From: Candidatus Hodarchaeota archaeon
GTDB lineage: Archaea; Asgardarchaeota; Heimdallarchaeia; Hodarchaeales; Hodarchaeaceae
Assembly: GCA_016839815.1 (NCBI GenBank)
Contig: JAEOTM010000032.1
Span: forward strand, 32,001 to 96,000
DNA length: 64,000 nt
Direction of reading: 5' to 3'
Positions 19,158-29,677 of this stretch are shown piece by piece (position 1 is the first letter of the stretch; the number at the start of each line of letters is the position of its first letter). Position numbers and translations under genes: made by a program. Below the pieces are notes generated by a model. That model worked only from the letters and a program-made list of their open reading frames with translations. It made no database searches and was not told where the DNA came from.

Positions 19158-20225
19158 ATGGCTAATTATGATTTAGAAAAAATAAAAAAGACCCAACGTG
19201 AATTATCCGAACTGATTGGCGTTTCAGGATTCGAGGCACCTGTAGTAAACTATGTAAAAGCTGAAATAGAGAAATTTGTTGATAAAGTATGGGTTGATCC
19301 TTTAGGATCATTACTAGCAATAAAAAAAGGAGAAAACCCTTCAGAGAAGCTTCTTCTTGATGCCCATGTTGATGAAATCGGTTTTATGATCAATTACATA
19401 GATCCCAAGGGATTCTTACGCTTTGTGCCAATCGGTGGATGGGATAATCGCATTTTACTTGGTCAATCCGTTAAAATAATTGGGAAAGATAATAAAATTT
19501 ATGACGGAATAACAGGATCTAAACCCCCACATTTAACAACGCAAAAAGAACGTCAAACAGCAGTTAAAGTTTCGGATATGTATATTGATACTGGAATGTC
19601 ATCCGAACAGATTATTGAAGCAGGGATTCATATCGGCTCTGTAGGAACATTATATGATCCATTTGTAGAATTTCCGAACGGTATGATCAGAGGTAAAGCC
19701 TTTGATGATAGAACTGGTGTAAATGTATTAATCCAAATAATTCGGGAGTTTTCACAAACTAGCCACATCGATGATCTTTTCTTCAGTTTTACAATGGGAG
19801 AAGAAGTAGGAGGAAGAGGAGCTGGTCCAGCTGCTTTTTCTCTTGATCCAACAATGGCTGTAGCCATTGAAAATACAACAGCTGCCGATGTTCCAGGAAT
19901 TCGCGATTCAGAGTGCCCAGCATACATTGGTCGAGGCCCCGCAATCTCTGTTGCAGATCGGTCAATGATCGCTCATCCTAGGGTAAATGAACGGTTAATT
20001 CAAAATGCAGAGTATGAAAATATCCCGTATCACATGAAAAAGCCCATTTTTGGCGGTACAAATGCCGGTATCATTCATAAATCACGAGCAGGAATTCCTT
20101 CCTCGGTTGTTTCTGTCCCATGTCGATACATTCACTCACCAACTTCCTTATTATCTTTGAAAGACATTTATCATACAGTACAATTAATTTCGGCATTTAT
20201 TAGAAACCCTAGCCTAGCTAGATAA
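19158..20225 (+). CDS. M42 family aminopeptidase (TET-like)
   Basis: AHVDEIG, GGWD, KAFDDR, EEVG and RYIHS motifs. Confidence 0.92.
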   Translation: MANYDLEKIKKTQRELSELIGVSGFEAPVVNYVKAEIEKFVDKVWVDPLGSLLAIKKGENPSEKLLLDAHVDEIGFMINYIDPKGFLRFVPIGGWDNRILLGQSVKIIGKDNKIYDGITGSKPPHLTTQKERQTAVKVSDMYIDTGMSSEQIIEAGIHIGSVGTLYDPFVEFPNGMIRGKAFDDRTGVNVLIQIIREFSQTSHIDDLFFSFTMGEEVGGRGAGPAAFSLDPTMAVAIENTTAADVPGIRDSECPAYIGRGPAISVADRSMIAHPRVNERLIQNAEYENIPYHMKKPIFGGTNAGIIHKSRAGIPSSVVSVPCRYIHSPTSLLSLKDIYHTVQLISAFIRNPSLAR

Positions 20226-20328
20226 ACAGATTAAGTTGATTAAAGGCATTAGCGAGAGTTTAATAAGATGCATAGGATCATAAATAGAAGAATCCAAGTA
20301 ATTTGGCAGTGAAAGGAGACTAAGGAGA

Positions 20329-22695
20329 TTGACTGAAGAATCAGTAATTTGGGATTTAAAGGATATTAAAAGTAAAGATACTGAAGTAAAGTGGACGGCT
20401 GTAAACAATCTTAGTAAGTTCCTCCAGAATAACCCAGAGAATTTTCGCACCCGGATGATCATTAAATCGTTCCTTACATTGATTAATGATCCACATGAAG
20501 GCATCCGAGAAGCAATTTATGCAACCTTAATCAAGAATCTCCAACCGAGTCAACTTGAAGGACTTATCAAACGAGGAATAGTGGATTCCAGTCCTAGCAT
20601 ACGCTCTATTAGTTTAGAATGGTTGAATTCCACGAATCATACTTCTGTCACTTCTCAAGCGGTCTCATCTCTGCAAGATCCAAGTGAAGCTGTCCGCAAG
20701 ATAGCACTCGATATTGTAGTTGCCAGAAATATTAGAGGGGTTGAGCAGAGGTTATTAGAACTACTTAAAAAGGAAAAAGGAGGCTTACGACGTACTGTTA
20801 TTTACGCGTTAGGAAAGATAAAAACCGCTACTGCAGTTGGCACTCTTATTGAAATAATGAGGGATCCAGAATTTGATGATTGGACTAGAAATCAAGCTAG
20901 TTCCGCATTAGAGCATTTAGGAGGGAAAGATTTAGTAATTCCTTTTCTTGAAAATTTAATTGATGATAATGATTATGTCCGACAAACTGCTGCAGCTTTT
21001 CTTAAGAAAAATGAAAGTGATGTCACCTCAGTAGTTTTAACAGAAGGAAAACTTGAATATGTAGCGCTTCTCCAATATGCTACTTCAACTACAAAACAGG
21101 ATTTTGGTGGTACAATTAATACCCTTATTAATCAAATGACTGAAATCATTCTTTCGTATTCTATGCAGCTACAAAATCGGGATAAATTCTCATTAACAGA
21201 ACTATCAGAAGAATGGGGAGCCTCCTCCATCGCCGCAGAAATTATGCTGAAAAATTTTATCGATCTGAGGTTTTTTCCACAACCTGGAGGCATTTATTAT
21301 ACCGATAAAGGATTAAAAGCTCTCCTTATAGAGAAATTTAATGAGAAAAACTCTCTCATATTGACTGATATTAATGAAGAATCACCATTTAATGAAATTG
21401 ACATCGAGGTAATAAAAGAATTACTGAGTACTCTTACTGGATTAAAGTGTGTTTTTTCTGATTTATATGTCCACGAACAAACCTTTAGTGAAATATCAGA
21501 GAAATTTACGATAAACGGACTCCTACCTTTGAAAGAAATAAGTACGTCACTTAAACAACCCTTAGAACTGGTCACTCTGGAATTTACCCAAGCATTTATT
21601 TCAACTGACGAAGGTTGGGTAAATTCCCAAGGTGAATATCTTACGTACAAGTTTATTAGCCAAAAAGCGAAAGATTTCCTTATAGAAAACCAAATAATTA
21701 ATTTAAAAGTGTTTTTGGCTAGCTTAGGAGATCCAAATATTGATATATCAGTCTTAAAACCAATTATTGAGAGTCATTCACCAGGTAAGTGGCTAGATGA
21801 CATCCAAGTATATATCACTCAGGAAGAATTCAATGAAATTGAAGAAAATTCCATCAGAATTGATGAAGATCGAGTAAAACATTTACTAGATCCAATAAAT
21901 ATGAACTTCCCACAGTTTCTCGAAAGTCTACAGAAAGTATTGGAAATTAGTACCTACCAATCTTCAGAGGGCCAATTAATTTCTCTAGAAAGTCTCTATC
22001 CTCTCATTAATCAGGAAATTGATGAAAAACAACATATCTCACTGGAGGAATTTCTCAAGAACAATGCTCTAGATTCCAGTGTAAAATCTGTGATATTGAA
22101 TTATATTAATCAGAATTATCAGGGGAGAGTTGATGAAAGTGCCCAATATTTCTTTACACACAATATATTAAATGATGTGAAAAAAGAATTTCAAAACCAA
22201 ACAAGAATTAATTATTCTGTTCTTGGATTCAAACTTAATATACAAATCGATATTTTGCAGAAGATTATTCAGGATATTCTAAAAATCTCCGGAATCCACA
22301 ACAATCTTGGTGAATTAATTACACTGGAAGGAGTTAAAAATGAGTACAGGCAAATTATTGCTCATAAAGCTGAATTTCCGATATTAACTCTACTCGAAAT
22401 CCTTGAGGTGATTGATAATCAAAAAGCAATTAATGTTATTGAAGACCAAATAAAATCTGATCCTGCTCTCTACTTATCAGTTAATGGAGATCAAGTATGG
22501 ACTCATCGTCGGGCAATCGAAATTGTGAATAGATTTGTGAAAAGCCCTCAAAGCTTAACAAAAAAGGCGATTTCTTTTTCTGATATAAGTCAAGAAACGA
22601 AAGTGTCTCAACCTGACATAGTTACTATTCTCAATACACTTGTAGACAAGAAACTTTTATCTGGAAGAGTTGAGAAGAAGAAATACGTTCAATAA
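20329..22695 (+). CDS. HEAT-repeat protein with C-terminal tandem winged-helix repeats (last repeat PCI-like)
   Basis: HEAT motifs (DPHEGIR, DSSPSIR, DPSEAVR, DDNDYVR), then ~57-60-aa repeats ending in G/QxY/LxT hairpins; terminal ISFSDIS...ILNTLVDKKLLSGRV. Confidence 0.7.
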   Translation: MTEESVIWDLKDIKSKDTEVKWTAVNNLSKFLQNNPENFRTRMIIKSFLTLINDPHEGIREAIYATLIKNLQPSQLEGLIKRGIVDSSPSIRSISLEWLNSTNHTSVTSQAVSSLQDPSEAVRKIALDIVVARNIRGVEQRLLELLKKEKGGLRRTVIYALGKIKTATAVGTLIEIMRDPEFDDWTRNQASSALEHLGGKDLVIPFLENLIDDNDYVRQTAAAFLKKNESDVTSVVLTEGKLEYVALLQYATSTTKQDFGGTINTLINQMTEIILSYSMQLQNRDKFSLTELSEEWGASSIAAEIMLKNFIDLRFFPQPGGIYYTDKGLKALLIEKFNEKNSLILTDINEESPFNEIDIEVIKELLSTLTGLKCVFSDLYVHEQTFSEISEKFTINGLLPLKEISTSLKQPLELVTLEFTQAFISTDEGWVNSQGEYLTYKFISQKAKDFLIENQIINLKVFLASLGDPNIDISVLKPIIESHSPGKWLDDIQVYITQEEFNEIEENSIRIDEDRVKHLLDPINMNFPQFLESLQKVLEISTYQSSEGQLISLESLYPLINQEIDEKQHISLEEFLKNNALDSSVKSVILNYINQNYQGRVDESAQYFFTHNILNDVKKEFQNQTRINYSVLGFKLNIQIDILQKIIQDILKISGIHNNLGELITLEGVKNEYRQIIAHKAEFPILTLLEILEVIDNQKAINVIEDQIKSDPALYLSVNGDQVWTHRRAIEIVNRFVKSPQSLTKKAISFSDISQETKVSQPDIVTILNTLVDKKLLSGRVEKKKYVQ

Positions 22696-22721
22696 CATGC
22701 AATCTTAGGACATACATAGAA

Positions 22722-23441
22722 ATGAGTCAACCTCTAAGCATAATAGTAGACCATAGAGAGCCTCCAGAAATTAAAAGAAGGTTGATTAAACTAGGTATGG
22801 AGATTAAGGAAGAACAACTGGATGTTGCCGATTATGTCTTATCTGATACCGTAGCTGTTGAAAGAAAGACAGGTGCAGATCTTATTTCATCTATCACAGA
22901 TAATCGGTTATTTGAACAAATAGATCGATTAATAGCAACTTATGAACAACCAATTCTAATTTTAGAGAATTTAGAAACAGCTTTTGAACGAACAGAATGG
23001 AAAAAACGTAAAAAACACGTTTTTGGAGCTTTAACCTATATATTTCTCCGAAGACAAGTACCAACTGTACCAACGACACGAAAAAGTGAAACAGCTATTC
23101 TACTAAATCGAATAGCCTCATGGACTCAAGAAGAAAAATCTGATCCCTTAATAGCAAGAAAATCACCTAAAAAACGTTCTCTGAGAGATGACCAACTCTT
23201 CTTTCTTCAAGGATTGTATAATACAGGGCAGAAAAAAGGGGAAATACTACTTGACTCCTTTGGTAATAGCCCAGAGAATGTGTTAAACTCAATTTTACAA
23301 ACAGAGGTAGTCTACACAAAAACAGGAAATCCAAAAGGACTCGAAGGGCCAATGAAAGCACTAGAAGGATTTGGCCCAAAGTATGTGATGAGTAACCAAC
23401 GACTACTTCGATCCTCAGAGACTCAAAACTCAAGAAAATAG
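22722..23441 (+). CDS. xpf: ERCC4/XPF structure-specific endonuclease (short form, no helicase domain)
   Basis: IIVDHRE, ADY, VERKT..DL..SI.D.RLFEQ motifs and a C-terminal HhH-like region. Confidence 0.9.
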   Translation: MSQPLSIIVDHREPPEIKRRLIKLGMEIKEEQLDVADYVLSDTVAVERKTGADLISSITDNRLFEQIDRLIATYEQPILILENLETAFERTEWKKRKKHVFGALTYIFLRRQVPTVPTTRKSETAILLNRIASWTQEEKSDPLIARKSPKKRSLRDDQLFFLQGLYNTGQKKGEILLDSFGNSPENVLNSILQTEVVYTKTGNPKGLEGPMKALEGFGPKYVMSNQRLLRSSETQNSRK

Positions 23442-23457
23442 TCATTTTCTTTCATAA

Positions 23458-23721
23458 TCAGTGCCAAAAGTACTGAATAGAATCAATTTTAGTGTTTAAA
23501 TCAGTATATTCCTGATTTGCTTCACGAATAACACTTATAACACATTCTAACGGTTGTTTTATTCTACAAATAGGTAACCATGGGCATTCCAACTCACAAA
23601 ATGGAAACGGAATGATTTTCATTCTTTTTCGAAGCTGTCTCAATTCATCTGTAAGAAGCTTACGAGTCGTACTATGTAGCTCATTTATTCCACCAGAATC
23701 AAGATTAAAATCGGAATGCAT
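23458..23721 (-). CDS. Small Cys-rich hypothetical protein
   Basis: 87 aa containing CELECPWLPIC...C. Confidence 0.45.
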   Translation of the reverse strand: MHSDFNLDSGGINELHSTTRKLLTDELRQLRKRMKIIPFPFCELECPWLPICRIKQPLECVISVIREANQEYTDLNTKIDSIQYFWH

Positions 23722-23846
23722 TTCAGAGTCAATACAGTAGAGACAACTAGGATTTATAAAAACTTCTATGGCCTTTAAATAGGATTTACCAGAGAGAGAA
23801 CATCGAAAATGACGAAAATGAAACCGTCGTTGAATAGATGATATGT

Positions 23847-24653
23847 TTACTTTGGCATTTCATAGCTATAACTAAGATCAGGAAATGATTCTTCTCGTAC
23901 CTCACGATTATATTCCTGAACTGCAGATAAAATATGCTTTTTGAGATCCGCATATCTCTTCACAAATTTTGCTTTAAAATCAAAATAACCCAACATGTCA
24001 TATGTTACTAGAACCTGACCTGAACAATGTGGGCCAGCACCAATTCCAATTGTTGGAATTGAGACCGCTTCAGTTATATTCTTAGCTACTTCCCACGGGA
24101 TAGCTTCTAATACCAGAGAGAAGATACCAGCTTCTTCTAAAACCCGAGCTTCTTCTATTAATTTCTTTGCTGTTTCCTCTGATCTACCTTGTACCTTGAA
24201 GCCACCAAATTTGTGAATTGATTGAGGGGTTAAGCCTAAGTGTCCCATCACAGGAATTCCTGCATCTAAAATTCCCTCTATTGCTGAAATACGCTCACTT
24301 CCTCCTTCTAGCTTAATAGCTTCTGCATTTCCTAATTGAATCAATTTTATTGAATTTCTAATCGCTTCTTCACGAGAGACCTGGAATGTGCCAAAGGGTA
24401 GATCCCCAACTACCATAGCGGATTTGGCACCCCTAGCTACAGCCTGTGTGTGTCTAATAGAATCCTCTAATGTGACACGAAGAGTAGTTTTTTGACCATA
24501 AACCACCATTCCCATAGTATCTCCTACTAGAAGAATGTCAGTTCCAGCTTCATCAAGAATTGAAGCCATTACATAATCATACGCCGTTAACATCGTGATC
24601 TTCTGATTTGAATCATATAATTCCATAATATCTAATACTGTTTTCTTTTTCAA
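23847..24653 (-). CDS. panB: Ketopantoate hydroxymethyltransferase
   Basis: MLTAYD, LVGDT.GM, KLEGG, GHLGLTPQ and IGIGAG motifs. Confidence 0.97.
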   Translation of the reverse strand: MKKKTVLDIMELYDSNQKITMLTAYDYVMASILDEAGTDILLVGDTMGMVVYGQKTTLRVTLEDSIRHTQAVARGAKSAMVVGDLPFGTFQVSREEAIRNSIKLIQLGNAEAIKLEGGSERISAIEGILDAGIPVMGHLGLTPQSIHKFGGFKVQGRSEETAKKLIEEARVLEEAGIFSLVLEAIPWEVAKNITEAVSIPTIGIGAGPHCSGQVLVTYDMLGYFDFKAKFVKRYADLKKHILSAVQEYNREVREESFPDLSYSYEMPK

Positions 24654-24662
24654 TCTTTCACC

Positions 24663-25442
24663 TCATATAGTCAACTTATCAGTCTCTGCTAGTGATTTTA
24701 ATCTCTCAGACATAAATATTAGAGCATCTTGTAATAATGATTCGTTATTAAATTGGTTTAATCGTTCAGTAAGTTCAGCTTTTGATAAATTTGAAAGTTT
24801 TTTAGCAAAATCGATCATCTCGGGAACTGCACGGATTATATTATTGGTGATTGAAACATTTGCAGTGAGGGAAGTTCGAGATAATGGATTAAGATCTACA
24901 GTTACAACATTCTTACCTAAGTGTCTTAATGCCTGAGTGCGATCTCCATCCTCTAATGGTACAAAAACACAATCTGAGATTGCTATTCCACGAGTATCCA
25001 CAATACGTCTCAAATGAGAAATTTCGTCTATGGTTTCTTGAAATTCTGGATCAAGACCTAATATCTTTTCAGCTCCAGCACCAATAAGTTTAGTTTTAAT
25101 TGCCTGTTCTCTTTCTTGCGATCGATAAAACAGATTAATTTCGAGGGGAGCACGGAGAAGTTTCCCTAAAGCCACAATCTCCTCCGGACACATGGCTGCA
25201 ACATTTCCGTTGACAGAAATAACAGGTTTCTTAGCTGCAAGCATTTTCAGAACTGCAAATTCCTCCTGTTTTAATGCAAACTCGGGAGTAACCTCACCTA
25301 GAATATAGTCAAATGCCTCTCCTCTCCCATGAGCAATAAGTCCTGCCTCTGCAACTACTTTTTGATGCATTCCACTTATTATAGCTTCTCGAACGGTTAA
25401 CGATAAGTATCTTGGATGATCTTTGGGAATTTCATGGTTCAT
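24663..25442 (-). CDS. pps: Archaeal phosphopantothenate synthetase
   Basis: IPKDHPRY.SL, GLIAHGRGEAFDY, VPLEDGDR and DLNPLSRT motifs. Confidence 0.95.
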   Translation of the reverse strand: MNHEIPKDHPRYLSLTVREAIISGMHQKVVAEAGLIAHGRGEAFDYILGEVTPEFALKQEEFAVLKMLAAKKPVISVNGNVAAMCPEEIVALGKLLRAPLEINLFYRSQEREQAIKTKLIGAGAEKILGLDPEFQETIDEISHLRRIVDTRGIAISDCVFVPLEDGDRTQALRHLGKNVVTVDLNPLSRTSLTANVSITNNIIRAVPEMIDFAKKLSNLSKAELTERLNQFNNESLLQDALIFMSERLKSLAETDKLTI

Positions 25443-25444
25443 AA

Positions 25445-26329
25445 TTAATTTAATCTCCTTACAGTCTGTTCACATATCTCTTCAGGTTGAATTGTACCAA
25501 ATGGTAACTGGACATCACTTAATTCATCAGAATTTGTATAAAATATGAACAATGCATCTCCTAACATTATTTGGGCCCCAATTATTTGCGTAGGAAGACT
25601 CTCCAAAATTGTTTGAAGTTGTGGGGAACATAATTGAACTCTATGTGTAAATTCTTTCACAGAATGTATGAATGTAGTAAAGTCTGGATTTTTAATCAGA
25701 TTTGCGATTAATTCAGAGCTGGTACGATTAATTATTTCCCGCTTTCTGGGATTAGATAGCACGGATGAGGTGGAAAGAGGCCCTAAAGATACTGTAGCAA
25801 CTTTCCAATCATCATTCTTTATCATGTTAATCGTTTCACCGTAACCAGGAGCTCCCCCTCTAATACGAATCTCCAATCCCCCCTGGAATAAGCCAATTAC
25901 ATCCCCCAAACCGGATTTTGTAAGTACCTCAGCTTTGTGAGCAACTTGAAATAGCTCGAGATCACTTAATCCAAGGTTAAAGAATTCATTAATACAGAAC
26001 GCCGTTCCTAATGCTCCAGCTGCTGAAGCTCCGAAACCACTACTAAGTGGAATTTCAAACTGATGATGAATCTCAAAATTCCATTGTTTACTCTCTGGAA
26101 GTAGTAATTTAATCGTTTTTTGGGTAATCAAAGTGCGAGATGCTGGCTGAGGGACGTCATCAAAGTGAACAACAACTGTCGATTTGTCAGTTTTCTGAAT
26201 AGAAGTTTTTACTCCTCTTTGAATGGAAAAACCAGCCCCTCTTGACCCAATTTCAAGCAAGCTATCATACTGATCGTTTATTTCGAAAAGACCTGTTAGA
26301 TGAGCAGCAACCCAAAATTCCGTTTTCAT
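25445..26329 (-). CDS. pok: Archaeal pantoate kinase (GHMP family)
   Basis: HLTGLF, GSRGAG, P.SSGFGASAA, AHKAEV..SGLGDV and MLG motifs. Confidence 0.92.
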   Translation of the reverse strand: MKTEFWVAAHLTGLFEINDQYDSLLEIGSRGAGFSIQRGVKTSIQKTDKSTVVVHFDDVPQPASRTLITQKTIKLLLPESKQWNFEIHHQFEIPLSSGFGASAAGALGTAFCINEFFNLGLSDLELFQVAHKAEVLTKSGLGDVIGLFQGGLEIRIRGGAPGYGETINMIKNDDWKVATVSLGPLSTSSVLSNPRKREIINRTSSELIANLIKNPDFTTFIHSVKEFTHRVQLCSPQLQTILESLPTQIIGAQIMLGDALFIFYTNSDELSDVQLPFGTIQPEEICEQTVRRLN

Positions 26330-26341
26330 TGCTACATTAAC

Positions 26342-27274
26342 TCAACTTATTAGTATTTTCTTTTCTTTTGTTTCAAGATGACGAATTACTTCTGTAATCG
26401 CCATATTAACAGGTGCTTTCATTCCATGAACTCGACTTTCTGTAGTAATATATCCGTTCATAAATTCAATCTCTGTACGACGTCCTCGCTCGATATCCTG
26501 AAGCATACTACATTTATTATCCTTTGTTTTATTAATCACTTCTTTTATAAATTCAGGAGAAGTAGAAAAATCTTCATCTGGAAGAAGCTGATTAGCTAGA
26601 GCTATTCCTTCTTTAAGAATCGCGTTAAAAATCCGTACAAAAGAAGGCCGTTTTAGAATCTCTCCATTCTTTGCATGAAGAATCGTACCAAGTGGACAGA
26701 TAGCAGCATTAGCAAGGAGCTTATACCACATTTTTAACTGAATATTTTGAGTTTCTTTTATATTGAAACCTGATGAGGATAGTATTTGCTCAACTTGGCT
26801 ACTAAATCCATTTCCTTTACCTGATACAATTCCGAAAGAAGTCTTTCCAAAAGCAACATGCTTCACAACTGCTGGTTGAAGGTGTTCTGCTGCCTCTGTA
26901 GTAACAGCACGATAAATTGGATTTTCCGGAAAATTTTCCTTGAATATGGTTTCATTTCCCATTCCATTCTGAATAATGAATATGGGTGTTTCTTTATTGA
27001 TCCGATTAGATAGCGAACTTGCTACAGTATGATTATCGTATGCTTTAGTTGTGACAAATAACGCGTCGGATTTTTGTTGTGTAGGATTATATTCGGTATT
27101 TGCAGGTAAGAACGAAACAATGTTTGATTCATCCTCTAAAATCGTGAGGCCTTTTTCTTGAATTTTGTTGACGTGATCTTTTCGTCCAACTACATCTACA
27201 TCAAAACCCGAATAAGCAACTCTACCAGCAAATAATGAACCGATACTTCCTGCTCCAATAACGGATATATTCAT
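26342..27274 (-). CDS. panE: Ketopantoate reductase
   Basis: GAGSIG, KAYD, QNG, WYKL..NAAI and SMLQD...GRRTEI motifs. Confidence 0.93.
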   Translation of the reverse strand: MNISVIGAGSIGSLFAGRVAYSGFDVDVVGRKDHVNKIQEKGLTILEDESNIVSFLPANTEYNPTQQKSDALFVTTKAYDNHTVASSLSNRINKETPIFIIQNGMGNETIFKENFPENPIYRAVTTEAAEHLQPAVVKHVAFGKTSFGIVSGKGNGFSSQVEQILSSSGFNIKETQNIQLKMWYKLLANAAICPLGTILHAKNGEILKRPSFVRIFNAILKEGIALANQLLPDEDFSTSPEFIKEVINKTKDNKCSMLQDIERGRRTEIEFMNGYITTESRVHGMKAPVNMAITEVIRHLETKEKKILIS

Positions 27275-28524
27275 TATGATGCCTTCCTCTTAGTGATTTC
27301 GACCGAAATTAGATTTACTAGCTCATTCCCGAGTGTTTCCTTGGATCCTTTCAATTCAAGAATCGCTTGTTGGTCACGAATTACAAATAATTCGTTCGAT
27401 TTCGTCATAAATCCCTTATCTGGTTCTCCTACCCAGTTTGCACAGACAATATCAACATTATTCTCTTTTAGATACTGAGTTGCCTTTGAAACCAACTCTT
27501 GTTCAGCAATTCCAACTTCAGCCTTAAAGGCAACAATAAATAAGGAGGGAAACTCTTTTTTTATTGCTTTAACAATCTTAATTGTGGGTTTAAGCTCAAT
27601 CGACATGTCTTCTTGGAGAGAAGGAATTTTCCCCTTTTGATAATTTGGTTGGTAATCCGAAATTGCAGCAACTGATATTAGCCCATCAACTCCCCCTTTT
27701 GATATCTGATCTCTGATATATTTATACATATCAGCAGTAGAGCGAACAATCGTTACTGATGGTATATCGAGATCTGTTTGTATCGTATTTCCTTCTCCCA
27801 AAACATATTTAACCTCAGCACCATTTTTCTGAAGCGCTCTCGCTATATACAGAGATGATAACCCACTTGAGGGATTGGAAAGGAATCTAACATCATCTAG
27901 ATACTCCCGAGTAGCTCCTCCAGTTACAATAAACTTGGTACCTTCTAAAGGACGAGAATGACTAAGTATTTTAATGATTTGATCCATCAGTAAATTTAGG
28001 GAAGGAAACTTATACTTTTTTTCTTCCTCCTCACTTGTCAGGAATTGTACACCTAACTGTTTGAGAAAATTCATACTTTTCTGGGTTATAGGATTGTCGA
28101 GTAAGACGCTATGGGCTGCAGGTACAACAATACAAGGAATTTTTGCTCCAATACACGCTAATGCAGTTAGAGGAACTGGACCGTCAGCAACTCCTGAAGC
28201 CAACTTAGAAATCGTATTTGCTGTAGCTGGGCACAGTAAATATAGATCTACTTTTTCCTCTGGATCTACACTCCATTTAATATGCTCCGATAGCCCGGAA
28301 ATCTCCGTATAAGGCGGTTCTCCCATTGACCAAGTTAATGCATCAGCAGTAACAAATCTCGAAGCTTCTTTAGATAGAACAACAAATGGTTTACCCGAAT
28401 AACGCAGAATTTCTCTTACTAAATGTGGAAGTTCGATTGCTGCGATAGAACCGGTAACACCGATTAGGATCCGCTTACCCTCTAGTAACTTACCTTTAGT
28501 TCCATAAATTTCGGCGATACTCAT
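27274..28524 (-). CDS. coaBC: Bifunctional phosphopantothenoylcysteine decarboxylase/synthetase
   Basis: GVTGSIAA, PATANTI, TGGATRE.LDDVRFLSNPSSG, AAISDY and FKAE motifs. Confidence 0.93.
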   Translation of the reverse strand: MSIAEIYGTKGKLLEGKRILIGVTGSIAAIELPHLVREILRYSGKPFVVLSKEASRFVTADALTWSMGEPPYTEISGLSEHIKWSVDPEEKVDLYLLCPATANTISKLASGVADGPVPLTALACIGAKIPCIVVPAAHSVLLDNPITQKSMNFLKQLGVQFLTSEEEEKKYKFPSLNLLMDQIIKILSHSRPLEGTKFIVTGGATREYLDDVRFLSNPSSGLSSLYIARALQKNGAEVKYVLGEGNTIQTDLDIPSVTIVRSTADMYKYIRDQISKGGVDGLISVAAISDYQPNYQKGKIPSLQEDMSIELKPTIKIVKAIKKEFPSLFIVAFKAEVGIAEQELVSKATQYLKENNVDIVCANWVGEPDKGFMTKSNELFVIRDQQAILELKGSKETLGNELVNLISVEITKRKAS

Positions 28525-28837
28525 TATAATAGGATCCTATCGTAATTTCGATTTCCTTCGGGTTCTAATGAAAATTTATCAACATTTTCTTTTAAGAATC
28601 AGGGTTATGCATGGAAAATATGAATATACAAAATATACTTGGATTCTGTCACAACGTATCTACAATTTAACATCTCAATAATGACGAGTTTTCGTCCAAA
28701 GAATAAAGCTAGGAGAGATGACTTTTTCTTACTAATTTCTCTCAACTAAGGGTGAAAGCTCATAAGTCCCATTTATTGACCGTTTTCTGAAAAGGAGTAG
28801 AAAAATAAATCTCACTTTCTTTATAGTTCTTAATGAG

Positions 28838-29677
28838 ATGAGTTTAATGGCCTTACTTCAATTTATTGGAGACAATATTATTACAGATCCATTCCAAGCA
28901 ATATTTGCAATCATTTTTTCATTTTTTGTAGGCATATTATCCTCTGCATTAGGCGTTGGAGGGGGATTCATAACTACTCCATCTTTAATGATCGCAGACA
29001 TTGAAGAAACTCATGCTATTGGTACAGTACTTTTTATGATTATTTTTACTGCTATTTCATCAACTATTGCTTATTCACGACAATCTGGATTAATTGAATA
29101 CCGTTCAGGATTATTAATTGCTACAACTACAATAATAGGATCTATTTCAGGGAGTATTACTAGTTCCATACTTGCTGTTGAGGATCCACAATTATTCCGC
29201 ATCGTTTTCGTACTATGTTTAATACCAATAGCTATAAAAATGATTCTTTATCCAAAAGAAAGAAGGAGAGGAGCATCGTCTGAAGAAGAAATCGAACACG
29301 ATGATGTGGTCTGGTATGGATATGAAAAACGAGAGATTTATTCCACTGTGTTCGGTTTAGTGGCAGGGTTCTCATCAGGATTGTTAGGTATAGGTGGGGG
29401 AGTTGTTATGGTTCCTATACTTGTAACACTGGGAAAAATACCAATGCATAAAGCAGTAGCAACATCGATGTTCATAATGATTTTCACAAGCCTTGCAGGA
29501 GCAGGGGTAAAAATCACCCAAGGATATTTTCATCCAGATCTGGCTTTATTTCTCATCATTGGTATTGTTCTAGGAGCACAAGTAGGTGCTAGGCTTGTGA
29601 AACGGGTTAATACGATTCATTTACAACGAATTTTTGGATTCATGATGATAATTGCCCTTATTTCCATAGTTCTATGA
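28838..29677 (+). CDS. TauE/SafE family sulfite/organosulfur exporter
   Basis: Duplicated GxGGG..P motif (GVGGGFITTP, GIGGGVVMVP), AVATS and multiple TM helices. Confidence 0.88.
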   Translation: MSLMALLQFIGDNIITDPFQAIFAIIFSFFVGILSSALGVGGGFITTPSLMIADIEETHAIGTVLFMIIFTAISSTIAYSRQSGLIEYRSGLLIATTTIIGSISGSITSSILAVEDPQLFRIVFVLCLIPIAIKMILYPKERRRGASSEEEIEHDDVVWYGYEKREIYSTVFGLVAGFSSGLLGIGGGVVMVPILVTLGKIPMHKAVATSMFIMIFTSLAGAGVKITQGYFHPDLALFLIIGIVLGAQVGARLVKRVNTIHLQRIFGFMMIIALISIVL

